Origin: Alphaproteobacteria bacterium
GTDB lineage: Bacteria > Pseudomonadota > Alphaproteobacteria > MPNO01
Assembly (NCBI GenBank): GCA_964291675.2
Contig: OZ219866.1
Span: forward strand, 3,584,001 to 3,648,000
Length of the DNA: 64,000 nt
Direction: 5' to 3'
The translations under genes and the position numbers were made by a program. Positions 46,151 to 55,215 of the stretch are shown piece by piece (the stretch's first letter is position 1; each line of letters starts with the position of its first letter). Under the pieces are notes generated by a model. The model made no database searches. It was not told the DNA's origin and was given only the letters and a program-made list of their open reading frames with translations.

Positions 46151-49100
46151 ATGACGGGGGGTTCAGTGAGCGTATTCCGGAACGCATTCAATCGCGGCGG
46201 TTGCCGGTCGGCGGTCGCGGCGGCATCGGTGAGGTTCGGCTTCGGCGACGGGCCGGTAACGGGCGCGGAGGCGCCGGCGGAGGACCGGGCGGCCGCTCCC
46301 GAATTCTCCCCGGGCGGGGCCGAGGCGCGCGCGGACCGGCGGGCGCGGAACGCCGGGCCGGAGTCCGGGGCCGGAGCGGGGCGTCGCCAACGAGGACCGC
46401 GCCGGTCGGCCGGGGCATTCGCGGGGCGGGCGAACGCGGGCCGTCGTTCTTCCGACGACGGGCCGGCCCGCCCGAGGGCGACGCCGGCCGGTGCGCTGGC
46501 CACGGCCCGCCGCGCCGGGACGGCCGCGCTGCTGCTGGCCTGTCTCGCGCTGCCGCTCGCGGCGCTCTTCTCCACGCCGGCCCACGCGCAGACCGAGAAG
46601 ACGCGGGTCACCAACCACAGCGGGGCCAACGCGACCTCGAACGGCACCGTCGGCGGGCCGAGCGGGAGCCAGTGGGGCCAAGCGCAGCAGTTCACAACCG
46701 GCGCCGGCAGCCACACCCTCGGCTCGGTGGTCGCGCATCTGAGGTCTGTCGGCTCGCAGGCGGCTGTGAAGGTGAGCATCTACACCTCCACGTCCGGCAA
46801 CAAGCCCGACACCAGCCTCTACGTGCTGAACAATCCGACGACGATCGCCGCGACGTCGGACAACACCTTCACCGCGCCGAACAATGCGACGCTGGCAGCG
46901 AACACGAAGTACTTCGTGGTGTTCGAGAACACGGCCATGGGCAGCGGGAGCAGCTACACCTACAGCGTGCGGCGGACGACCTGGAACTCCGCGACCGCGA
47001 ATACCGGGTGGAGCATCGCCGACACATCCAGGAGTCGGACCAGTGAGACCGATAACTGGACCTCAACCATCAACGATTCCATCAAGATCGCCGTCAAGAC
47101 GTCCCACAACGCCGCGACGGGCCAGCCGGCGATTTCCGGCACGGCGCAGGTCGGAAACACGCTGACGGCCAACAAGGGCACCATCGCGGACTCCGACGGG
47201 CTGCCCTCGTTCCCGGGCGGCTTCACCTTCCAGTGGGTGCGCGGCGGCACCAACATCTCGGGGGCGACGTCGCGCGAATACACGCTGACGGACGACGACC
47301 AGGGCAACACCCTCAAGGTGAGGGTCTCCTTTACCGACAATGAGGGGTTTTCCGAGGGACCGCTCGAGAGCGTCGCGACGTCGTCGGTCGCGGCGATGCC
47401 GGCGAACGGCTGCACGCCGGACGACCTGCGGCTCGTCGGCGGCGACAACGACCGCGAGGGCGAGGTGGAGATCTGCCACAACAACCAGTGGCGGAACGTG
47501 TGCGACGACGATTGGGAGAAGGTGGACGCCAACGTCGCGTGCAAGCAGCTCGGCTACACCCAGGGCGCCCGGCGGGCCACGATACTCTCCGAGTTCACTA
47601 CTTTGATCTCCGTCCAATTCTGGCTTGACGATGTCGCGTGCACCGGCAGCGAGACGAAGCTGGCGGAGTGCGAGCATGCGGGCTGGGGCGTGAACAACTG
47701 CACCCACGCCGAACGGGCCGGCGTGGTCTGCAAGGCGAATGCCAACGTCGCCGCCACGGGCCAGCCGGCGATATCCGGCACGGCCGTCACCGGCGAGGAC
47801 CTGACGGCGTCGACCGACGGGATCTCGGACGACAACGGCAACACCAAGGCGGAGGACGGCGATACCGGCTTCGCCTACACCTACCAGTGGTTCCGGGTCG
47901 ATTCCGACGGCACCTCGAACAAGACCCAGATCACGGGCGAGACGGCATCGACCTACACCCTGGTCGCGGCCGACGTGGGCAAGAAGGTCATCGTGGAGGT
48001 GAGCTTCACCGACGACGAGAGCAACGCCGAGGGGCCGCTCGCGAGCGACGCCTATCCCGCCGGGACCGGCACGGTCGAGTCGGCCGACTCGACGCCGCCG
48101 GAGGTGGACTCGGCGACGGTGGACGGCACGTCGCTGGCGATCACCTTCAACGAGGACCTCGCCGCCGCGGCCAACCTCGCGAACGATGCCTTCGAGGTGA
48201 AGCGGACGCCGCCGGGCGAGGCCGAGGAGACGGTGACGCTCACCGGCTCGCCGGCGATCAGCGGCATGACCGTGACGCTGACGCTGGATGCCGCGGTGAT
48301 TGCGGGCGACGCGGTGACGGTGGGCTACACCAAGCCGACCTCGGGCACCGACAACGTGCTCGAGGACGCGGCGGGCAACGAGGTGGCGGATTTCACGGAG
48401 ACGGTCACGAACGACACCGAGGTCGTCAACAACCCCGCGACGGGTGTGGCCATCGACGGCCCGGCGCAGGTGGGCATGACGCTGACGGCGGACACCTCCG
48501 GCATCGAGGACGCCGACGGTCTGACCGGCGCGACGTTCGAATACCAGTGGTTCAGCGGCGGCACCGAAATCCCGGGCGAGACCGGGTCCACCTACACGGT
48601 GCGGCCCGCGGACGTCCTCAAGCGGATCAAGCTGCGGGTGACGTTCAAGGACGACGCCGGCAACGACGAGGCGCCGGAGAGCCCCGCCATAGCGCCGGCC
48701 GTGCCGGCGGCGGCCGACCACTGCGACTCCCTGACCGTCTGGTGCGCCACGCTGACCGCGGGTGCAGACGATGCAATTCTTGACGACGCTGGCAGACTAC
48801 TAGACGCTGACGAAACGGGTTACCTGCGCGCTACGCGTTCCGGGCGTGGCAGGGCGCCTGCGGTTCCGCGGCGCATCCGGCGAAGACTCTTGGCGGACGT
48901 CATCGAACCATTCGAGGAGCAGAAGGCAGAACGTGGCGAGTCTGACTGGAACGATGTCGCTATCGAAGCCGCAGCTACGCATAGCCATGGCTACGATGTG
49001 GTCGTGGTCGATGAAGCCCAGGACCTCTCAGCAAACCAAGTAAGAACCATCCTCGCGCACTTGAGGGAAGACCACTCGACGACCTTCATCATGGATGCCG

Positions 49101-49750
49101 TGCAGCGAATCTACCCGCAGGGCTTCCAATGGAGAGAAGTGGGCATCGATATGCGTCCGCAAATGGTGTTCGCCCTAACTCGCAACCATCGCAATACAGG
49201 GGAGATCGCCAGGTTTGCGGCGTCATTAGTACGGGACCTCCCGCTAGAGGAGGATGGTTTGGTGCCTGACGCAAACGCGTGCGAGCGTTCGGGTCCACTT
49301 CCTCGTGTGGTGGTAGGAAGATACGCTGCTCAGGTCAACTACATGCTGAACGAGGTTCAAGAAGCTATAGAATCCGAGGAAACGATCGCTATCCTCCACC
49401 CCAAGGGGTGGTTCGATTACGCAAGGGGGACGCTTGACCGACGCGGCATCGACTACTGTGAGCTGACACGACAGCGCGAATGGCCGACCGGGCCGGAGCT
49501 GGTCGCGTTGTCAACGTTTCATTCCGCAAAAGGTCTCGAATTCGATCATGTGCTTATGCCTGGCCTAAATCAGGAGGTCACCCCTCATGGTGACGAAGAC
49601 GGAGACGGCACGCTCGACTCTCTTCGCCGCTTGGTGGCTATGGGTATCGGGCGCGCCAGACGCTCCGTCATGGTCGGTTGCAAACCTGGAGAAGAATCGA
49701 CGTTGATTGAGATGTTTGATCCCGAAACCTACGAACTCGTTCGGGTTTGA
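46151..49750 (+). CDS. Chimeric ORF: secreted adhesin N-terminal part (Ig-like repeats, SRCR, SwmB-like) fused to a UvrD-like SF1 helicase C-terminal half
   Basis: Signal peptide (AHAQ), ATGQPAISGTA repeats, SRCR; after ~48820 VVVDEAQD, LTRNHRNT, STFHSAKGLEFD, GIGRAR; no Walker A; no beta-barrel; codon usage changes. Confidence 0.75.
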   Translation: MTGGSVSVFRNAFNRGGCRSAVAAASVRFGFGDGPVTGAEAPAEDRAAAPEFSPGGAEARADRRARNAGPESGAGAGRRQRGPRRSAGAFAGRANAGRRSSDDGPARPRATPAGALATARRAGTAALLLACLALPLAALFSTPAHAQTEKTRVTNHSGANATSNGTVGGPSGSQWGQAQQFTTGAGSHTLGSVVAHLRSVGSQAAVKVSIYTSTSGNKPDTSLYVLNNPTTIAATSDNTFTAPNNATLAANTKYFVVFENTAMGSGSSYTYSVRRTTWNSATANTGWSIADTSRSRTSETDNWTSTINDSIKIAVKTSHNAATGQPAISGTAQVGNTLTANKGTIADSDGLPSFPGGFTFQWVRGGTNISGATSREYTLTDDDQGNTLKVRVSFTDNEGFSEGPLESVATSSVAAMPANGCTPDDLRLVGGDNDREGEVEICHNNQWRNVCDDDWEKVDANVACKQLGYTQGARRATILSEFTTLISVQFWLDDVACTGSETKLAECEHAGWGVNNCTHAERAGVVCKANANVAATGQPAISGTAVTGEDLTASTDGISDDNGNTKAEDGDTGFAYTYQWFRVDSDGTSNKTQITGETASTYTLVAADVGKKVIVEVSFTDDESNAEGPLASDAYPAGTGTVESADSTPPEVDSATVDGTSLAITFNEDLAAAANLANDAFEVKRTPPGEAEETVTLTGSPAISGMTVTLTLDAAVIAGDAVTVGYTKPTSGTDNVLEDAAGNEVADFTETVTNDTEVVNNPATGVAIDGPAQVGMTLTADTSGIEDADGLTGATFEYQWFSGGTEIPGETGSTYTVRPADVLKRIKLRVTFKDDAGNDEAPESPAIAPAVPAAADHCDSLTVWCATLTAGADDAILDDAGRLLDADETGYLRATRSGRGRAPAVPRRIRRRLLADVIEPFEEQKAERGESDWNDVAIEAAATHSHGYDVVVVDEAQDLSANQVRTILAHLREDHSTTFIMDAVQRIYPQGFQWREVGIDMRPQMVFALTRNHRNTGEIARFAASLVRDLPLEEDGLVPDANACERSGPLPRVVVGRYAAQVNYMLNEVQEAIESEETIAILHPKGWFDYARGTLDRRGIDYCELTRQREWPTGPELVALSTFHSAKGLEFDHVLMPGLNQEVTPHGDEDGDGTLDSLRRLVAMGIGRARRSVMVGCKPGEESTLIEMFDPETYELVRV
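47426..47731 (+). other. Scavenger receptor cysteine-rich (SRCR) domain
   Basis: LRLVGG..EGEVEI..N.W..VCDDDW...A.V.CKQLGY...WLDDVAC.GSE..L..C...GWG..NC.H.E.AGVVC. Confidence 0.92.
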
Positions 49751-49755
49751 TCCCC

Positions 49756-50448
49756 ATGTCGAGGGACAACTTCATTCCGGCTCGTCCAAGAAGATCGGAC
49801 GAAATCGAACTTCTGCCGACATGTCCGGAAGTCCTCGCGGCGGCGGAAGAGCGGGAAGTGCGGAACGTGATGCATTTCACAACGATGACCGGCGCGGTCG
49901 GGGTTTTGGCCGCTGGCGCCGTCAAGAGTCGAGAGCGGCTACCCGAAGACAAGTATCTTGAATACGTCTATCAACCGAACGCAGCATACCGCAAGGACAC
50001 TGCCTGGCTGGACTATGTGAATCTCTCCGTGGAGCGCATCAACGCCTGGATGTTCGATGCATCTCAGCGTTGGCATGCGGCCGAGGGAAATCCTTGGGTT
50101 TTGCTGTCGTTTTGCCCGGAGATATTGGCGCATCCGGGGGTGGTGTTTACGACGACAAACAACATTTATCCAGCGTGTACTCGCGCCGAAGGCTTACCGG
50201 GATTCGAGCGGATGTTCGCAGAGACGGTTGTTGGTCGTTACAACAGCGTTCATGGCCGTGATGGAAAGCATTCCGCATGGCCCACCGACCGACAGGCGGA
50301 AGTTCTGTATCCAGGCGAGCTGTCGTGCGAGTATCTGCAACGGATTGATGCCCAAACAGAAGATGCTGCTGACGGGATTCATGGCATGTTGAGTGGTCTC
50401 CAATTGGATGAGATTACCGTTCGTCATGCACCGGAGGCGTTCGAATGA
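49756..50448 (+). CDS. darT: DarT-like (DUF4433) DNA ADP-ribosyltransferase
   Basis: HFTT N-terminal motif, G...SR, YVNLS, FTTTN, QAEVL catalytic glutamate motif. Confidence 0.8.
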   Translation: MSRDNFIPARPRRSDEIELLPTCPEVLAAAEEREVRNVMHFTTMTGAVGVLAAGAVKSRERLPEDKYLEYVYQPNAAYRKDTAWLDYVNLSVERINAWMFDASQRWHAAEGNPWVLLSFCPEILAHPGVVFTTTNNIYPACTRAEGLPGFERMFAETVVGRYNSVHGRDGKHSAWPTDRQAEVLYPGELSCEYLQRIDAQTEDAADGIHGMLSGLQLDEITVRHAPEAFE

Positions 50449-52181
50449 CTGTTTCGGAATCGCTTCGTGGGGCTCCGCCACCGGATACCGGGGAGGTTCC
50501 ACAGCCTAGCAATGTGGCTTCAACTCAGTTTGCAGCGCGTGCCGCGATGACCCACCGTTCCGCTCTGTGGGCGGCTTACGGGGACGCATTGGGCTGGATC
50601 AGTGAACTGACCGATTCGAGAGGACTGAAGCGAAGGACGGGAGGTGAGCCGCTTTGCCGTCCCATCGCATGGAATAGGAGGATCGGTGGGCGGGGGGGAA
50701 TCACCGTAACGTTGCCGGTGGGTTGCTACTCAGATGATTCCCAGTTGCGTCTCGCCACCGGCCGGGCGATTGGGCCTAGTGGTTTCGATGTTGAAGCGTT
50801 CGCAAAGGTCGAACTCCCAGTCTGGCTAAGCTATGGGCTCGGGGGAGGCAAATCTACGAGCGCTGCTGCGGGGAACCTGTCTAGACAGACAGTCCCTTGG
50901 TTCGCCAACACGTTCAAGGGATGGAGTAACTCCGGCGGAAACGGCGCGGCGATGCGCATCCAACCCCACGTCTGGGCGAGCTCGGATTTGGACGACGCTC
51001 GCACGTACCTGCCCGACGTTGTGCGCAACTCGATCTGTAGCCATTCCCATCCCATCGGATTGCTCGGGTCGGTGGTTCATGCACTGACGCTCGCACAAAC
51101 CATGTCCACCGGCCATCAACCATCGGTCAGTGACGTAATGGAGGCTGTCAAGAAAGCGGCTGAACTCCCCGAGTTGATGAGGAGCGATACCGAGGTAGGA
51201 AGCTATTGGCGCGGAGCTTTTGAACGGGAGTCAGGAAGTTTCGATGACGCATGGAGGCGTGCAATCGAAGAATGCAGGGAAGCGGTGTCAGTTGCTGGAG
51301 CAAGCCCTTCGAATGCGAATGGAGCTGAACGCTATGGCGCTTTGATCCAGGGCCTTAGACTTCGCGAGCCAGCGCGGAGAGGCAGCGGAATGCTGACTGC
51401 AGTCGCGGCGGTCGGTTTGTTGTGGTGCGAAGCTGAACCGGAAAAGGCCATGCGTATCGCAGCAAACGAACTAGGGACAGATACTGATACGATTGCGTCG
51501 ATGGCCGGCGCGATCGCCGGTGCGGTCGCTGAAGCCGAGCCGCAAGTGCAGGTGCTGGATGCGGAGCTATTCCGTTCTGAGGCTAATCGGTTGGTAAGGG
51601 TTGCCTTTGGCGAACGTCCGGTTGGCCATCGTTATCCCGATCTGCTGCGCTGGTCGGCGCCGTCCAGACGCGCCGATACTTTGGTGCGCACGAAAGACGA
51701 GGGTCTCTACGTTCGGGGTCTAGGCCTCGCTAAAACTGCGAGCGATCCGATAACGTCGCCGAGTGGCGATTTCCAATGGCAGTGGTTGACGCTTGAATCT
51801 GGTCAGACCTTGCTAATCAAGCGCAGGGCTGACCTGATGCTCATCGAAGATGAAATTGAGACATCGCCGGCGCAACGGTCTCTGCATCCGATGCCGCCCA
51901 GGGTCGATGCCGGCCAGGAGCCATCTGCGGTGGAGCGTCGAGCAACCGATTCGGATTGTCCGGTGGAAGCGCCTCCCGAGGAAGCAAGGGATGCTACCTC
52001 AAGAACTGAGTCGTCCTTGGATCTGCAGGTCGCGCTCCACTATATCGAGGAGCACAAGGATGATGACAGAGCTGTCGGGGCCGCCTTGCGGCGCGTCGTC
52101 AACAAGGGGACTCCAGGCCAAATTGCAGCATTCACCTCCGCCTTGATCGATCATCTGGGAAAGACTGAGAGGAGGAGGTGA
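50445..52181 (+). CDS. ADP-ribosylglycohydrolase (ARH/DraG family) with C-terminal extension
   Basis: AYGDALG, YSDDSQL, GNGAAMR, HSHP, DTDTIASMAGAIAGA; ATGA-coupled to darT. Confidence 0.9.
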   Translation: MTVSESLRGAPPPDTGEVPQPSNVASTQFAARAAMTHRSALWAAYGDALGWISELTDSRGLKRRTGGEPLCRPIAWNRRIGGRGGITVTLPVGCYSDDSQLRLATGRAIGPSGFDVEAFAKVELPVWLSYGLGGGKSTSAAAGNLSRQTVPWFANTFKGWSNSGGNGAAMRIQPHVWASSDLDDARTYLPDVVRNSICSHSHPIGLLGSVVHALTLAQTMSTGHQPSVSDVMEAVKKAAELPELMRSDTEVGSYWRGAFERESGSFDDAWRRAIEECREAVSVAGASPSNANGAERYGALIQGLRLREPARRGSGMLTAVAAVGLLWCEAEPEKAMRIAANELGTDTDTIASMAGAIAGAVAEAEPQVQVLDAELFRSEANRLVRVAFGERPVGHRYPDLLRWSAPSRRADTLVRTKDEGLYVRGLGLAKTASDPITSPSGDFQWQWLTLESGQTLLIKRRADLMLIEDEIETSPAQRSLHPMPPRVDAGQEPSAVERRATDSDCPVEAPPEEARDATSRTESSLDLQVALHYIEEHKDDDRAVGAALRRVVNKGTPGQIAAFTSALIDHLGKTERRR

Positions 52182-52525
52182 TGCGGCGGCCGAAGCATCG
52201 AGTATGGGCTAGTGGTTATAGCGCCCGAGCGGGGATCTTTGCTGGTCGCGGGTCCTCGGGCGACTGCGCGAACGCATCGGTGAGTGCGTCCGCGCCGCGG
52301 GACTGCTCTTGCTCGCAGAGAGTCCCTGGCTTTCTTGGTTTCCCTTCGCGTTCTTGACTTGCCCTACCCGCACCCGAAGTCGCACCGTTACCGTTCGGCT
52401 GGGGCGCTTGCGCAGGTGCGGCTGTTCGCGGAGATCGTGCGCGATATCGCGCCCTTCAACAAGAAAACATTCATACTTACTATTGACCTTCGAACATGAC
52501 CGTCAAAGGCGACGACACAAATACA

Positions 52526-53815
52526 ATGACAAAACAGAAACAAGACTTTTTGGCTGAACAACAAGAACGATATGAATGGTTGCGTCGTGTCACTGACGAA
52601 GCAATTGCTGCGCGCACGAAGGAGGTAGAATTCCACGGCCTAGAGGAAGAGTTGCGGAATTTACAGAAAGCAATTCTGGATAGTTACAATCACACAAAAC
52701 CAATAAAACATCCTCGCGACAAAGGCGATCATCGCGAAGAGATATTGAGACATTTTCTCACCAAACACGGCCTCCTGCCCAACAGTGTCAGTATACCATC
52801 TGTCAGCACACGAGTAGTTTCCCCATCAGGCCACATCAGTCCGGAGCTTGATATTCTTTTTGTCAACGCGAACGATTCAATAGTTCTTAAGAGATATGAA
52901 AACACGCTTGAATACTATCCCGTAGAATCTGTGCTTGGTACGATACAAGTGAAGTCGAAACTAACGAAAAAGGAGTTGGCATCTGGGCTAAAGCATATAC
53001 AGGCTTTCAAGAACATAAGACCAATCCGCTCGCTAAGGCGTCAAATGGGCGGCTTCACAATGGAGGCAGGTCTCTACCGGAGGTTTGGCATTCTATTCGC
53101 ATACGAGCGTGCCTTACGGTGGGAGAAAATGGTTGAGGTCATTCGTGAGCATTTAGCTGAGTGCCCAAACAGCCTTTGGCCAAACATGATAGTGATTCTG
53201 GACGCGGGTTATTTTCTTATTGGTGACAAGTCGCGTTATGCGTGGAATCAGAGAACTCTTGAGGACATATCAAATCCAGAAATTCATGGTTCTCCGGACT
53301 ATTCTGGGCACTGTCTACAGCAATTCTATTCTTATCTGATTGCTCTCGTGAAGGAAGCAAATAGTGGTTGGCCGGATACGAACGATTACTTGCGTATGCC
53401 GATTGCTGTGGGGGAACACTCTCTCGAATTTGCGCATGGCGGGTTTTCTGAATTCGCCAAATGTCCTCAACATGGAAACTACTTGAAAAAGATTAAGGTG
53501 GAGAATATCAAGATAATACTAGATAAGACCAAAAATAGTGAACCAATTAATTGGATTAAGGCGTTGGACCTGGCAGCGGGCAAACCCGGCACGGACTCTG
53601 AACGTTATGCGAAACAACCTGGCGACGTTATTGTGTATGATCCGGATAGTCTTGGTCTAGAGAATGTATTGTTGAGCGCGGAGGGGTTCATTACGCACGA
53701 ACAGGTTATCATTGACGGCCGTCAATACTGGCTTCCTTGGCACTACGTTGTTGCTCACGAGCTTATTGATCCGTGTCCGCAGTGCCGAGATGGTGCGAAA
53801 GATGCGAAGTCATAG
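52526..53815 (+). CDS. DUF6602/NucC-like restriction-fold nuclease with C-terminal extension, low GC
   Basis: HPRDKGDHREEIL..LP..VVSPSGHISPELDILF..YPVESVLGTIQVKS pattern resembles the NucC N-terminal core; start could be 52496. Confidence 0.7.
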   Translation: MTKQKQDFLAEQQERYEWLRRVTDEAIAARTKEVEFHGLEEELRNLQKAILDSYNHTKPIKHPRDKGDHREEILRHFLTKHGLLPNSVSIPSVSTRVVSPSGHISPELDILFVNANDSIVLKRYENTLEYYPVESVLGTIQVKSKLTKKELASGLKHIQAFKNIRPIRSLRRQMGGFTMEAGLYRRFGILFAYERALRWEKMVEVIREHLAECPNSLWPNMIVILDAGYFLIGDKSRYAWNQRTLEDISNPEIHGSPDYSGHCLQQFYSYLIALVKEANSGWPDTNDYLRMPIAVGEHSLEFAHGGFSEFAKCPQHGNYLKKIKVENIKIILDKTKNSEPINWIKALDLAAGKPGTDSERYAKQPGDVIVYDPDSLGLENVLLSAEGFITHEQVIIDGRQYWLPWHYVVAHELIDPCPQCRDGAKDAKS

Positions 53816-53992
53816 CATGTGGATCCCCGGTTACGGCATGTCCAAAAGTCAGTTCTGTTGCCGCTGTAGCCCTGCGTAAAGGTAATGGGGTTGCGAGGGA
53901 ACAGCTAGACGAGGAAATGGGGGCTTTTTTCACAAGGTACAGGGTCTCGCACAGGCATATGGATGGGATTTGCCGCAAGAGAGTGGTTTAGA

Positions 53993-55195
53993 TCACATGG
54001 CGGCGGCAACCTCTGGCGGCGTGTCCATGTCGGCTTCGAGACTGTCGGAAATCCGAACGGCAGCGACCTTGACCGAGTGCTGGCCAAGGTGTGCATAGCG
54101 CGCGGTCGTCTGCACCTTAGTGTGACCGAGCAGCTTCCCGATCATCGGGAGACCCTCCCCGAGGGCGAGCAATCGCGAGGCGAAGCTGTGACGCAAATCA
54201 TGCAGGCGGACGTCTTCGAGCCCCGCCTCCCTGCGGACGAGCTGCCACGACGCGTTCAGCGTCCGCAGGCGGGAGCCGCGCACGCGGCCGGGAAACACCC
54301 ACGGGTTGTCGGGCCGGCGCGGCAGCGCGATCAGGACCTGCTTCGCCGCGGGCGAGAGCGGCACGGCCCGCGCCCCGGTCTTCGCATCCCGGAGCCGCAA
54401 CTCGTCGTGTTCGAGGTCGACATGCTCCCATTTCAGGGTCACGATCTCGTTGCGTCGGCAGCCGGTCAGCATCAGCAGGCGCAGCGCCCCGGCGGCGCTC
54501 GTTGAGACCGTGCCCGCGGCTTCGAGCTCGGCGAGCACGCGGCCCAACCGGTCGAACTCCTGCTCCGACAGGAAGCGCTCGCGCCCGCGCGTGGGGTATT
54601 TCTGGATGAACCGGCAGGGATTGCCGCCGGCCGGCGCCGCGCCCGACTTGGCGGCGGTGTAGAACAGTCGGGAAAGCAGCGAGACCGCCTGGTTCGCCAT
54701 GGTCGGCGTCGCGCGCATCCGGTAGTGTAGCGCCGCAATATGGTCGGGCGTGACCTCGCTCAGGCGCAGGGCCCCGAACTTCGGCAGCAGGAACCTGTCC
54801 AGGATGTAGCGGCATCCCCGCTGCGTCGTCGGCTTGCAGCGCACGGCGACATGTTCGGTCATGTAGCGCTCGGCCATCTCGGCGATCGTCGGCCCGTTGG
54901 CCGAGGGGGAATCGGCGCCCGGGCGGCTCGGCGTCTCGCCCGCCTTCAGGCTGGCAAGCAGCCGTCCCGCCTCGCGCCGCGCCCGCTCGGGCGTCCACAC
55001 TCCGTGGCGGCCGATGGTGACGCGGCGTGTTTTCCCCCGGGCGCGGGTCTGCACCATGTAGACCTTCGAGCCCGAGGGATGGACGCGCACCCCGAAGCCG
55101 GTGAGGTCGCGGTCCCAGAACAGGGCTTCGCGCTCGGCGACCGGCAGGGCGTCCACCGCGCGCCGGGAAAGGACGAGCTTGTTCGGGCTTGGCAT
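53993..55195 (-). CDS. Tyrosine integrase with N-terminal Arm DNA-binding domain
   Basis: WDRDLTGFGVRV, TIGRHG; TGCRRNE, AKTG, HDLRH, LLGH, TTARYAH. Confidence 0.93.
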   Translation of the reverse strand: MPSPNKLVLSRRAVDALPVAEREALFWDRDLTGFGVRVHPSGSKVYMVQTRARGKTRRVTIGRHGVWTPERARREAGRLLASLKAGETPSRPGADSPSANGPTIAEMAERYMTEHVAVRCKPTTQRGCRYILDRFLLPKFGALRLSEVTPDHIAALHYRMRATPTMANQAVSLLSRLFYTAAKSGAAPAGGNPCRFIQKYPTRGRERFLSEQEFDRLGRVLAELEAAGTVSTSAAGALRLLMLTGCRRNEIVTLKWEHVDLEHDELRLRDAKTGARAVPLSPAAKQVLIALPRRPDNPWVFPGRVRGSRLRTLNASWQLVRREAGLEDVRLHDLRHSFASRLLALGEGLPMIGKLLGHTKVQTTARYAHLGQHSVKVAAVRISDSLEADMDTPPEVAAAM

Positions 55196-55215
55196 GGCGG
55201 TCTCCCGTGAGAAGT

